Shown: positions 39,605 through 48,970 of the stretch, piece by piece
How the letters are laid out: every line of letters begins with the position of its first letter
Numbering within the stretch: the stretch's first letter is position 1
Source: an uncultured delta proteobacterium
GTDB lineage: Bacteria; Bdellovibrionota; FAC87; UBA2466
DNA length: 64,000 bases
Assembly: GCA_963778115.1 (NCBI GenBank)
Contig: CAVZSV010000004.1
Coordinates: 992,001 to 1,056,000 of the forward strand
Direction: 5' to 3'
Notes under the pieces: model-generated
What the model was told of the DNA's origin: nothing
What the model saw: the letters and a program-made list of their open reading frames with translations, nothing else
The model's database searches: none
Program-made: the position numbers and the translations under genes

Positions 39605-40582
39605 GTGAGAAAGTCGTCTAAAAAAAGTTCCGGCAAGGATTTGCCCGCAAAATCCGTCTCTGCGAAGACGGTCAAAGCGACAAAGACCTCTACCGCTAAG
39701 GCTGTCACTACGACGTCGGCCGATCCTCTTCTACAAACCTATATGAAAGAGGTGCATCGCTATCCGCTTCTCACTCGCGAAGAAGAGCATGACCTGGCGG
39801 TGACTTACCAAAAGACTAAAGATCGCGATGCGCTTCAGAAGTTGGTAACGAGTAACCTTCGTTTCGTCGTTAAGATCGCTTACGAATACGTCCACTACCG
39901 AGTGAAACTCTTAGATCTCATTCAGGATGGAAATATGGGGCTCGTCAAAGCGGTTCAGGAGTTCGATCCCTATCGGGACGTGAGGCTCACTACGTATGCG
40001 GTGTGGTGGATACGCAGTTACATCCAAGATGCCATCTTAAGGAACTACTCTCTGGTAAAGATGGGAACCACGCAGGCCCAGAAAAAACTCTTTTATCGAT
40101 TACGCGCCGAGCAGAATAAGCTCGAACAGATGGGTATTGCTCCCCAACAGAATGTGAAGCTTTTAGCTAGTAAGCTTGAGGTGAGGGAAAAAGACGTGGA
40201 AGAGATGGATCAGCGCCTTTCCCACGGCGGCGATCTTTCGTTAAATGCGCCCGTAAATTCAGAAGAGAAACAGGAGCATCTACAAAATTTGGTCGACCCT
40301 TCCACTCCTCTTGATGTGACATTGGGGGATGCCGAACAGAAAGAGATCTTCTCAAAAATTCTTTCGCAGTTCTTGCAGACGCTGGAAGGCAGAGAAAAAG
40401 TTATCTTTTCGCAAAGGCTGGTATCCGAAGATCCGATGACCCTTCAAGAACTCGGTGATAAGTACGGCATTACCAAAGAACGCGCCCGCCAGATAGAAGA
40501 GCAGATCAAAGAGAAACTAAAAAATTACGTGAAACAAAATTACCCTGATTACGACTTGCTCACTAACGCGATGAATTCCTAA
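39605..40582 (+). CDS. rpoH: RpoH (sigma-32)-like RNA polymerase sigma factor (start uncertain)
   Basis: SNLRFVV, DLIQDGNMGL, TYAVWWI, RpoH-box-like QKKLFYRLR, region 4 TLQELG..YGITKERARQIE. Confidence 0.85.
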   Translation: MRKSSKKSSGKDLPAKSVSAKTVKATKTSTAKAVTTTSADPLLQTYMKEVHRYPLLTREEEHDLAVTYQKTKDRDALQKLVTSNLRFVVKIAYEYVHYRVKLLDLIQDGNMGLVKAVQEFDPYRDVRLTTYAVWWIRSYIQDAILRNYSLVKMGTTQAQKKLFYRLRAEQNKLEQMGIAPQQNVKLLASKLEVREKDVEEMDQRLSHGGDLSLNAPVNSEEKQEHLQNLVDPSTPLDVTLGDAEQKEIFSKILSQFLQTLEGREKVIFSQRLVSEDPMTLQELGDKYGITKERARQIEEQIKEKLKNYVKQNYPDYDLLTNAMNS

Positions 40583-42174
40583 TAAGTGTCGACCAGTTTG
40601 GAAGCAGCCGCCTCTTTGCCGCCTAATTGTAGCAGTAAGGCACTGTAATCGTATTCGCGGCCCGTAGTGAAGCCGACCTGCCGCATTCGATCACCCATCG
40701 ATCTACTGCAACATCCGGGCGGAAATTGTTCGGAGAGGCCACCCGCGATGGCATGGCCGACTAGAGTCGCCAAAAGACGTCCCGCGGAGGATCCCGGCAA
40801 ATCTAAAAAGGCGTCATCATCCCAATCGGCGTAAAAGGGTTGTAGCTCAACCCCCCAATAATCGGCCACAATCTTCGACCACAATTCGCCGAAGTCTTCG
40901 TCGGGATGAGCGTAGATTTGGGTTTCAAGTTCGCTTCGCATGACGGCAGTTATCAACCGGTATAACGGAGGCGAAATGAGGTTAGTGGGATCCACTACCA
41001 ACGTCCGCCCTACTACTGTTGCTTTGCGGGTGGAGAGCTCGGACCACCGGTTTAGAAAGCTAGGTTGAAACACCATTTCGGAGATCGCATAGCCCATGCT
41101 TTTCGCTTCCAAGGGCTCTATCGTTTCAAAGAAAGCGTGCGAGGGGCGTTCTTCGGAGACTTGCCATTGTTTTATAATCCCCACCCAAAAGGGATCGTCA
41201 TTGCGATTGCCGGAGGGGGTGACAAACGGCATCGCCAGAGCGGTACAGAGCCAATTGATCCCGTCAGGCGGGAAATCACTTAAAACGTTCTTAGAGCCTT
41301 CTTCCAATAGCTGTGTCGTTCCTGCTTCCACAAACGCCGGAACATCGGAAAATTGAAGATTCGAAATTCCGATATTCTTTCCCCAGGCCTGGAACTTATT
41401 CTTAAGTTCCACAGACCACCGCTCTCGGACTCTCGCCATCGCCGCTTGATAGTCTTCGTTAGACCATCCGATCTTGGACAATTGATATTGCACATAGTTT
41501 GCAAATCCTGCGGCAGTGGCCTCATCGTTTCTTGCTTTAATTAATTCTCGAAACCCCCACTCCATCCACTTCTTGCTCCTGGCCCCCAAGAATAGGCTCG
41601 CCAAGTTTTCGCGACTTCTGCGATCTTCAACCGATCCTAAACGATTGAAGAAAGCGGGCACGCTCAGTGGCGTTTTGTCCCCAGGAAGAGATAAGGTGAA
41701 AGAGGCATTCTTTCTTACGATATCGCGATATAGAAGCTCGCTCTCGACCTCTTTAGATTGCACATTCTGCGTAAGAATCGAGCGCTTTAGAAGTTCCAAG
41801 GCTCGAACCAACCGCGGACGATCGGGACAACTCTCAGGTACCACGGACCTTGTCGAAGCTTCCATGCGGGCGGTTTGAGCCAAAAGAACCTCATCGTCCC
41901 TTAATTTCTGATAAGCGGTAAAAAGTTTTCGTGCATTCGACGAAGTCGATGATTTCTCGTGTAGGTAGTCTTCCCAGGCATTATCAATCTTGATCCAGTA
42001 AGGATCCAGATCCGTCTTGAAAAACCGCGTGATGGGATCGCAGGTACCCGCGTCGGAACTCGAAATCGCATTCGGAGCGACATGTCTCACCCTAACCACA
42101 TCGTTCGAGACGCAGGAGATCACTACTAGCGCCATCAAGACCGTAACGATTCTGTGTGAATTTAGTTTGTGCAT
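40579..42174 (-). CDS. Lipoprotein resembling M2/M3 zinc peptidases but lacking HExxH
   Basis: Lipobox VISC; LIKARNDEATAAGFANYVQY and ELETQIYAHPDEDFGELW resemble M3-like motifs; no HExxH. Confidence 0.65.
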   Translation of the reverse strand: MHKLNSHRIVTVLMALVVISCVSNDVVRVRHVAPNAISSSDAGTCDPITRFFKTDLDPYWIKIDNAWEDYLHEKSSTSSNARKLFTAYQKLRDDEVLLAQTARMEASTRSVVPESCPDRPRLVRALELLKRSILTQNVQSKEVESELLYRDIVRKNASFTLSLPGDKTPLSVPAFFNRLGSVEDRRSRENLASLFLGARSKKWMEWGFRELIKARNDEATAAGFANYVQYQLSKIGWSNEDYQAAMARVRERWSVELKNKFQAWGKNIGISNLQFSDVPAFVEAGTTQLLEEGSKNVLSDFPPDGINWLCTALAMPFVTPSGNRNDDPFWVGIIKQWQVSEERPSHAFFETIEPLEAKSMGYAISEMVFQPSFLNRWSELSTRKATVVGRTLVVDPTNLISPPLYRLITAVMRSELETQIYAHPDEDFGELWSKIVADYWGVELQPFYADWDDDAFLDLPGSSAGRLLATLVGHAIAGGLSEQFPPGCCSRSMGDRMRQVGFTTGREYDYSALLLQLGGKEAAASKLVDTY

Positions 42175-42324
42175 GGGAGGTTATAAAAATTTTACAGCAT
42201 TTGAAGGTATCTCAGGCATTTTTCATGGAAGGGGACGTAACACGACGCAGCAGCACACCTCTCCTGTCAGTACGACTGTAAGGGAATTATCTGAAGTGTG
42301 TTGAGTCGTCGTCCATCCGATTTA

Positions 42325-42354
42325 CAGGTTGCTTCGGCTTCGCATCCCAATGAC
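42325..42354. repeat. Degenerate partial copy of the 25625-25757 repeat family
   Basis: CAGGTTGCTTCG identical to 25707-25718, followed by GCTTCGC...CAATGAC. Confidence 0.5.
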
Positions 42355-42384
42355 TACTTCCAAAGCCGTTCTGTTTCCGGATTT

Positions 42385-44010
42385 CTACTCCATCCAAGGA
42401 TATCTAAAGCTCTGTGGCGGCACAAAAGTCTCCGACACCGTCCTGGCTGAAGTCCAACGCATCAAATTAAGCAGACTTCCCGCTTTATCGTTCGTTCCCG
42501 ATCCACGCGCGCCGCCAAAGGGTTGTTGTCCCACAACGGCCCCCGTAGGCTTGTTGTTGATATAGAAATTGCCCGCACTTTGCCATAACGCCTTGGTAGC
42601 GAAGTCTATTGCTTTGCGATCTTGGGCGAAGATGCAGCCGGTCAGCGCATAAGGAGACGTTTCATCGCAGACCTTAAGCGTCTCTTCAAACTTTGCGTCG
42701 TCATAGACATAGATAGTTAGGACCGGTCCAAAGATCTCCTCAACCATGGATCGGTAGTTTGGCTTTTTGGCCTCGATGATGGTGGGCTCAACGAAATAGC
42801 CCGTTTCATCGTCTAAGCCACCGCCGATAATCACTTCGGCGTCTTCGCTCTTTTTGGCGTGCTCGATATATCCTCGAATATTCTCAAACGACTTGCGATC
42901 GATAACTGCCGCCATAAAGTTTCGAAACTCCGAAACATCACCCATCGTGATTTGGCTCACTTCGCCAGCAAGCCTATCTTTCAATTTTGGCCAGAGGCTT
43001 TTTGGAATGTAGGCGCGTGAAGCCGCGGAACACTTTTGACCTTGGTACTCGAAGGCCCCTCGAATTAGAGCGGCGGTTAGCGCTTCAACGTCCGCTGAAA
43101 CGTGGGCAAATACGAAATCTTTACCGCCGGTTTCACCGACAATTCGGGGATAAGAACGGTAATTTGAAATATTGTCTCCGATTAGTTTCCACATGGCCTG
43201 AAACGTATTAGTACTTCCCGTAAAGTGAAGCCCACTGAAATTAGGATGCTTCATTACGGGATCCCCCACGTCCGATCCCTTACCAGGAACGAATTGGATG
43301 ACTCCCGGAGGAAGGCCCGCCTCCTCAAGCAGCTTCATAATGAAATAATTAGAATAGACCGAGGTCGACGCCGGTTTCCAAATAGAGACGTTTCCCATGA
43401 GGGCCGGAGCCGTCGGTAGATTTCCTCCGATAGAGGTAAAATTAAAAGGACTCACCGCAAAAACAAAACCCTCTAAAGGACGATATTCCAGCTGGTTCCA
43501 CATGCCCGCCGCACTATTGGGCTGTATCTGATAGATCAATTGCTGGAAATAGACATTAAATCTGTAAAAATCTACAAGTTCGCACGCCGAATCGATTTCA
43601 GCCTGATGACAGGTCTTACTCTGCCCTAGCATTGTAGAAGCATTCAGGATGGGGCGATATTTAGTCGCCAAGAGGTCGGCGGCTTTAAGAAATATGGCCT
43701 GCCTAGAACTTACCGGCATGGCCGCCCAATCCTTCTGGGCATGCATGGCGCCTTGAATCGCTGCCCCTATCTCCTCCGGCCCCGCATTATGATAGGTCGC
43801 TATTTTATGCCGGTGGTTGTGAGGAGGCGAACACGTTCCCACTTTACCGGTTCTGACCTCCTTACCGTTGATAATAAGAGGAATCTCAATTTCCACGGAG
43901 GAGAACTGAGAGAGCTGGTTCTTCAGAGTTTTCGTCTCAGCGCTCTGAGGCAGATACCCAAGGATGGGTTCATTCTTGGGTTCCGGAACTGTAAGAATGG
44001 AATTCGACAT
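42385..44010 (-). CDS. pruA: 1-pyrroline-5-carboxylate dehydrogenase
   Basis: NEP, QAEIDSACE, SPFNFT, FTGST, GETGGKDF, FEYQGQKCSA, GQQPFGG.R.SGTNDKAG. Confidence 0.95.
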   Translation of the reverse strand: MSNSILTVPEPKNEPILGYLPQSAETKTLKNQLSQFSSVEIEIPLIINGKEVRTGKVGTCSPPHNHRHKIATYHNAGPEEIGAAIQGAMHAQKDWAAMPVSSRQAIFLKAADLLATKYRPILNASTMLGQSKTCHQAEIDSACELVDFYRFNVYFQQLIYQIQPNSAAGMWNQLEYRPLEGFVFAVSPFNFTSIGGNLPTAPALMGNVSIWKPASTSVYSNYFIMKLLEEAGLPPGVIQFVPGKGSDVGDPVMKHPNFSGLHFTGSTNTFQAMWKLIGDNISNYRSYPRIVGETGGKDFVFAHVSADVEALTAALIRGAFEYQGQKCSAASRAYIPKSLWPKLKDRLAGEVSQITMGDVSEFRNFMAAVIDRKSFENIRGYIEHAKKSEDAEVIIGGGLDDETGYFVEPTIIEAKKPNYRSMVEEIFGPVLTIYVYDDAKFEETLKVCDETSPYALTGCIFAQDRKAIDFATKALWQSAGNFYINNKPTGAVVGQQPFGGARGSGTNDKAGSLLNLMRWTSARTVSETFVPPQSFRYPWME

Positions 44011-44226
44011 CGATCTTCTCCCGAGTCTGGTTATGACCTACTTAGCCTGAACCTATCTCAAAATGGGTAGCGTGGCGAGACAAGGCGCATGTAGTAGGCG
44101 CATAAGCAGCGCGGCATGAGAAGCGAAAACTGAAGAAAAGACACTACGGGCGATGTTTTTTAAAACATTAAAACTTTTAATGATCGGCTACAGACCCGGC
44201 TACAAATCCCGGCTCAAAATCTTAAT

Positions 44227-44308
44227 GATGGAAAATCCTAACCCCCTCTAGACGGACAAATTTAAGATCAAATTTGGCACCGTCTCTGAGGCTGATAGGA
44301 TTCCCATC
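44227..44308. other. Long imperfect hairpin downstream of the small basic protein gene
   Basis: Nested stems GATGGAAAATCCTA/TAGGATTCCCATC, CCTC/GAGG, AGACGG/CCGTCT, CAAATTT/AAATTTG. Confidence 0.6.
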
Positions 44309-44341
44309 CGCCAGTAGTCTTAAAAAGACAGATAGCGTTCG

Positions 44342-44587
44342 CTACTTCTTCTTCTTCTTTCGACCGCGGCGAGACATTTTCGCCATCGACAGATCACCCT
44401 GCTTGTCTACGAAGTAAAGGTAACCAGTCTGCCGCTTCACCCCTACTTTTGCGACGACTTGGGGTTTTGCTTTTGAAGCCTTGCGGCCTCGCCCCATCTT
44501 CGCACGAGAGATGTTGCCCTTCTTATCGAGATAATAAAGCCAGCCTTCTTCTTTTTTGACGCCGACCTTTGCTACTTTCGTTGCCAT
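44342..44587 (-). CDS. Small basic protein with an internal two-fold repeat
   Basis: ATG 44587 with GGAGG RBS; VAKVGVK....LY..DK.G..S.AKM.R repeated twice; poly-K tail. Confidence 0.85.
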   Translation of the reverse strand: MATKVAKVGVKKEEGWLYYLDKKGNISRAKMGRGRKASKAKPQVVAKVGVKRQTGYLYFVDKQGDLSMAKMSRRGRKKKKK

Positions 44588-44725
44588 AGAGTCCCTCCCA
44601 AACGAGACTTTTTTTGCCATACCTTAAAAAAAGGTACTGACATCTTAATACTGAAAGAAAGCAAAATGACACTGTTTTTTTGTTGTTTTCCCTCTTAGCC
44701 GAGGGAAAAACCGTGCCTAGAACCC

Positions 44726-45079
44726 TTACGGTGTGCGAATTTTCTTCTTTCTCTTCGGGGAAGCGGGCCGAATCTGACTAGATTTAAGGGGGGGAGTGAC
44801 CGATTTCCCTTTGGTAATAATAGGGGCAGTGAATTCCTCTCGGGCATGCGCAAGACGTACAAAGCTTCCCTCTCTTCTAGGTTCGTTCAGGCTTGCTTTG
44901 AGTTGGGCCGCGGGATTCATGATGCGAAGCCGAGTGAAATATTCCACCATGGAGTTGCTTCGAACACTCTCTAAAAAATTGTCCGTCTTCGAGTGGCGCA
45001 AATGGGATTTAGAGCTTTTCTTGGCTTTCTTTTTCTTTTTGACTCTTGTTTTCGATGGCACGGCGTTTTTTTTTGTCAT
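44726..45079 (-). CDS. Lys/Arg-rich hypothetical protein
   Basis: ATGA overlap with the upstream gene; K-rich N- and C-termini. Confidence 0.55.
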   Translation of the reverse strand: MTKKNAVPSKTRVKKKKKAKKSSKSHLRHSKTDNFLESVRSNSMVEYFTRLRIMNPAAQLKASLNEPRREGSFVRLAHAREEFTAPIITKGKSVTPPLKSSQIRPASPKRKKKIRTP

Positions 45080-45861
45080 GCTGAAGTTACCCTTTCAAAA
45101 CTGAATTGCGGAAGCTGCATGGGCGATAGCGTTGGTATGACGGGTCCTTCATTCGTCGTCAAAACGGCTTCGAAATGAAATCCCTTTAGTAGCAACTCCG
45201 CTCCCTGAATATTTCCAGGAGCGTATACAACCCTTACGGGTAAATGGCATCGTTGTCTCACGAAAGCAATCGCATTCTCCGTCTCCCCTTGGCAAGAAGG
45301 ATCGCACTCCAACCGGTACCCCGCTTCCATCAACCCAGCTGGAATTTCGTTGATTTGCCCCCAGGTCGCAGAGAACCGCAACGGATCTAAGTCATTGAAA
45401 GGAAGCGGCCCAAACCGAGAGCGGTAGGAACCCAAAATAGCATCGCGCTCGTTGGGTGCCGTCCATCCCCTGTGAAGCGTTTTCAACCGATCCTCGTCGG
45501 AAAGCTCCTTGGAAAAGCTGTCATGATAGATACCTACCTCCTCTTCGAAGGGAAGGCGGTTGAAGCCAATATAACCAGGACTCAAAAAGAGGGTAAACGG
45601 AATGCCCCTGGCCAAAAGGTCGGGAATGGCCCTAAGAAATACGCTGCGGCGAGCCTGCAAAAAAACTATGGCGGCCTTACCGGTAGCGCGCCTAGAGCGG
45701 CCTGGTTGCGCAATCTCTGAAAGTTTGGAGAATTCGTAATACGGCTTTACTTCCGTAAGCTGCGCGTCAAGTTCACCCACCCCTGCCTCGGTAAGATGGT
45801 CGTAGCAAAGCACCAAAGAGTTGCGCGGACCAAATACCTTTCGAAGCCAATTCGCGCTCAT
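45076..45861 (-). CDS. Degenerate polysaccharide deacetylase (NodB)-like protein
   Basis: LVLCY.H, AIP.L...GIPFTLFL, TWGQINE, YAPG, FEAVLTT; TFDDG and H-x-x-x-H motifs are lost. Confidence 0.65.
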   Translation of the reverse strand: MSANWLRKVFGPRNSLVLCYDHLTEAGVGELDAQLTEVKPYYEFSKLSEIAQPGRSRRATGKAAIVFLQARRSVFLRAIPDLLARGIPFTLFLSPGYIGFNRLPFEEEVGIYHDSFSKELSDEDRLKTLHRGWTAPNERDAILGSYRSRFGPLPFNDLDPLRFSATWGQINEIPAGLMEAGYRLECDPSCQGETENAIAFVRQRCHLPVRVVYAPGNIQGAELLLKGFHFEAVLTTNEGPVIPTLSPMQLPQFSFERVTSA

Positions 45862-47219
45862 ACTGTTTTGGAGTACGTTACCTTCTGGGGTGCTTTCAAG
45901 TACGCATCAAAGATCATAGCCACATTGCGTATGAACAGCCTCCCCAGAGGAGTCACCGAGATCGAGCGATCTGTCTTGGTTAGGATCCCATCGTTTAAAA
46001 AGGGATCGAGCTGCTTTATCTCTTCAGAAAAGGCGGAAAGGAAAGGCTCCTTGAACTTCGCCTCATATTCATCGTAGGAGAGGTAAAAATCACACATGAG
46101 CGTCTGGATAGTCCACTTTCTGCGTCTGTCGTCCTCGGTAAGAGTGCAGCCGCGAAGGGTCGCAAATTTGCCTGAAGTCACTCGAGATTCGTATTCTTTA
46201 ACCTCTTTAATGTTTTGGAAATAGCCGGTGGATAGCTCCCCAATCGAAGAAGAGCCGATTCCAATCATTTCAGTGCCCCGTTTTACCGTATACCCCATAA
46301 AATTTCGATAGAGCGTCCGGTTTCCAATGGCACGATAGAGTTCGTCGGTCTCAAGCGCAAAATGGTCCATCCCTATCGCTTGGTAACCCGCCGCGACTAG
46401 CTTTTCATAAGCCAAGTTAAAGAGATCGACCCTCTCCTCGGCCGAAGGCATGGGAAATTTCTCTAAAATCTTTTGATGGGGAATCATGGCGGGAAGTCTT
46501 GCGTAATTATAAAGTGCTATCCGGTCGGGCCGAATCCGCATGACATTGGTCATGGTCTGTTCAAATTTCGCTACTGTCTGAAGCGGCAGTCCGTAAATGA
46601 GATCGAAATTGATTCCAGAAAATCCTAACCGACGACTGGTTTTCAGCATTCGCTCGGTAAGTTCGGCCGATTGGATTCGATTAATGGCGGTTTGAACCTC
46701 TAAATCAAAGTCTTGGACGCCAAGACTAATTCGATTAAAGCCAAGTTTTGCCAAACATTCTAATTGCTCGTCGGATGTGACTCTAGGGTCCACTTCAATA
46801 CTGACTTCGGCCCCGGGTGCAAGTTCAAAAAGTTTGCGAGTCCCCTGGTGCAACATCGTTATCTCATCGACGGTCAAAAACGTGGGGGTTCCCCCGCCCC
46901 AGCTAATCTGAGTAATCTTTCGCTTTGAACCCATGGCGCGTGCGGCACTCTCCAACTCCGCTAGTAATGCCTTCACATACCCCACACCGCGCCCATGCTC
47001 TTTGGTAATGAGAATGTTGCAACCACAGTAATAACAAAGACTCTCACAGAACGGGATATGGACATAAAGGGCTAGCGGAGTCTGGGCCGATTCAGGATTG
47101 CCGAGACTCTTTAGATATTGTTCCGCCCCCACCTTTTCCGACCACTGAGGAGCGGTGGGGTAGGAGGTATATCTTGGACCGGAACGGCTATGTTTTATGA
47201 CTAGATCCTTTATTCCCAT
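45858..47219 (-). CDS. hemN: Oxygen-independent coproporphyrinogen III dehydrogenase
   Basis: GPRYTSYPTA, YVHIPFCESLCYYCGCN, GGGTPT, IGMDHFA, RNFMGY. Confidence 0.96.
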   Translation of the reverse strand: MGIKDLVIKHSRSGPRYTSYPTAPQWSEKVGAEQYLKSLGNPESAQTPLALYVHIPFCESLCYYCGCNILITKEHGRGVGYVKALLAELESAARAMGSKRKITQISWGGGTPTFLTVDEITMLHQGTRKLFELAPGAEVSIEVDPRVTSDEQLECLAKLGFNRISLGVQDFDLEVQTAINRIQSAELTERMLKTSRRLGFSGINFDLIYGLPLQTVAKFEQTMTNVMRIRPDRIALYNYARLPAMIPHQKILEKFPMPSAEERVDLFNLAYEKLVAAGYQAIGMDHFALETDELYRAIGNRTLYRNFMGYTVKRGTEMIGIGSSSIGELSTGYFQNIKEVKEYESRVTSGKFATLRGCTLTEDDRRRKWTIQTLMCDFYLSYDEYEAKFKEPFLSAFSEEIKQLDPFLNDGILTKTDRSISVTPLGRLFIRNVAMIFDAYLKAPQKVTYSKTV

Positions 47220-47221
47220 AG

Positions 47222-48254
47222 TTACACCCAGAGTGTTAGAGCCTCTTGCACAAACGCTTTCACATTTTCGACAGGCGTATTAGGAAGCACCCCGTGGCCC
47301 AAATTCACAATCCCAGGACGCTTCAAAAGCTTAAATCTATCGACGAGCAAACGTGTCTCTTTACGAATACGACTTTCGTCTCCTTTGAGTAGTAGCTGGG
47401 GATCGAAATTGCCTTGGAGCGAAAATCGACCGCCCCACACCTCGTCAATTTTAAGCAGAATCCGCTCCGGTTTCCACCCCCATCACATCAGCAGAAACCT
47501 GAGAGAGAGAAGGTAGAAAAGCATGCGAGCCCTTGGCGAAGTATACAAACTTCACTCCTCGGGCGTGAACGTTATCGGCAATTCGATTGAGCATAGTAAG
47601 ATAGTAGGAATTAAAAAACTCCACCGACATGTTTCCTAGCCAGGTGTCGAATAGCTGCACCAAGTCCGCTCCGGAATCGATTTGGTAGTTGAGATAGCGC
47701 GTCGTAGCATCCGCCAAAAAATCCAGTGCTTCGGCCAAAGCTTTAGGATCTTTCTCATGCCAAGTTCGGATCTTTTCAAAATCCGTCTTGCCTCTTCCCT
47801 GCACAAGATAGCATCCGACCGTCCACGGGGCTCCCGCAAACCCGTAGAGGGCTTTGTCCTTAGGAAGTTGCCGTCTAATTTCAGATAGCGACGCTCCCAC
47901 GAAGGAGGTATCTTTGGCGGGAGCAAAGGTAGCAAACTTAGAAAAATCCGCAACCGTTTGAAAGGGCGTAAGAACCACGGGGCCAATCGCTTCTTTCATC
48001 TCAATCGGGATCTTCATCCCGTAGGGCGGTGTCAAAATATCAGAGAAGAAGATGCAAGCGTCCACTTCCAAAACCTGAAGCGGGAGGAGGCTAATTTTAA
48101 CGACGAGTTCCGGAGTTTCCACCATTTGCCAAAAAGAATGTTTCTCGCGAATCTCACGGTATGACGGCAAATACCTTCCCGCCTGCCTCATAAGCCATAC
48201 CGGCAAGTGCCCCACGGCCTCACCCTCTAAATGTCTGAGCAACAAAGGTTTCAT
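47222..48254 (-). CDS. hemE: Uroporphyrinogen decarboxylase, split by a +1 frameshift near 47460
   Basis: PVWLMRQAGRYLP, FSDIL, GFAGAPWT, QLFDTW; after the shift LQGNFDP...NLGHGVLP. Confidence 0.92.
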
Positions 48255-48970
48255 TCTTTTACTTTCGACACGAACTTATAACCCAATCCTCTTACCGAGT
48301 GGATATGTTTGGGCCGTTTAGGATCGTTCTCGAAATAGCGTCTCAGCCTTAAAATAAAGTTATCGACGGTCCTGGTAGAGGGGTACACATCATACCCCCA
48401 GACTCGATTTAAGATGTCGTCGCGGCTGACCACTTCCGACTCCTTTTCTACGAGTAACTTCATCAGCATACATTCTTTCTGACTCATTACAAAAGTGTCG
48501 TAGCCGTGCCTTCCTTCGAACTTCTCAAAATCGATGCTGTTATTTTCCCAACTGAATACCGCACCTTGTTTAGGAAAACTTCCGTACCATGACCTGCGCT
48601 TGAGCATCCCATCGATGCGGAGCAAAAGCTCCTCCATCTCAAAGGGTTTGGGTAAATAATCATCGGCCCCGCTTCTGAGTCCCTCAATCCTGTCGGAGGG
48701 GTCAGAAAGTGCGGAAAGGATCAAGATAGGCAACGTGGGTGCTAGCTGCCGCAGATGCCGACATAGCTCAAGTCCCGCCGGAACTCCATTAATCAAGACA
48801 TCCAAGATGTAAAGATCGAATAGGTCTGTTGTCTGTTTCAAGAGATCCTCGGTCGTAGCATATTGCTCGACGTGGTACCCCTTTGATTTGAGCCTTTCGG
48901 CCACCAGTTCACGAATAGTCGGGTCATCCTCAACCAAACACAGTCTATCTTGATTCGTTTTGCCGCTCAT
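48251..48970 (-). CDS. OmpR-family response regulator
   Basis: VEDD, LD, GADDYLPKPF, winged helix RTVDNFILRLR, VRGLGY. Confidence 0.95.
   Translation of the reverse strand: MSGKTNQDRLCLVEDDPTIRELVAERLKSKGYHVEQYATTEDLLKQTTDLFDLYILDVLINGVPAGLELCRHLRQLAPTLPILILSALSDPSDRIEGLRSGADDYLPKPFEMEELLLRIDGMLKRRSWYGSFPKQGAVFSWENNSIDFEKFEGRHGYDTFVMSQKECMLMKLLVEKESEVVSRDDILNRVWGYDVYPSTRTVDNFILRLRRYFENDPKRPKHIHSVRGLGYKFVSKVKE

Noticed and set aside
22460..47470. Programmed ribosomal frameshifting in the FleQ-like gene or hemE
   Set aside because: No slippery heptamer or homopolymer at either site; simple indels explain both.
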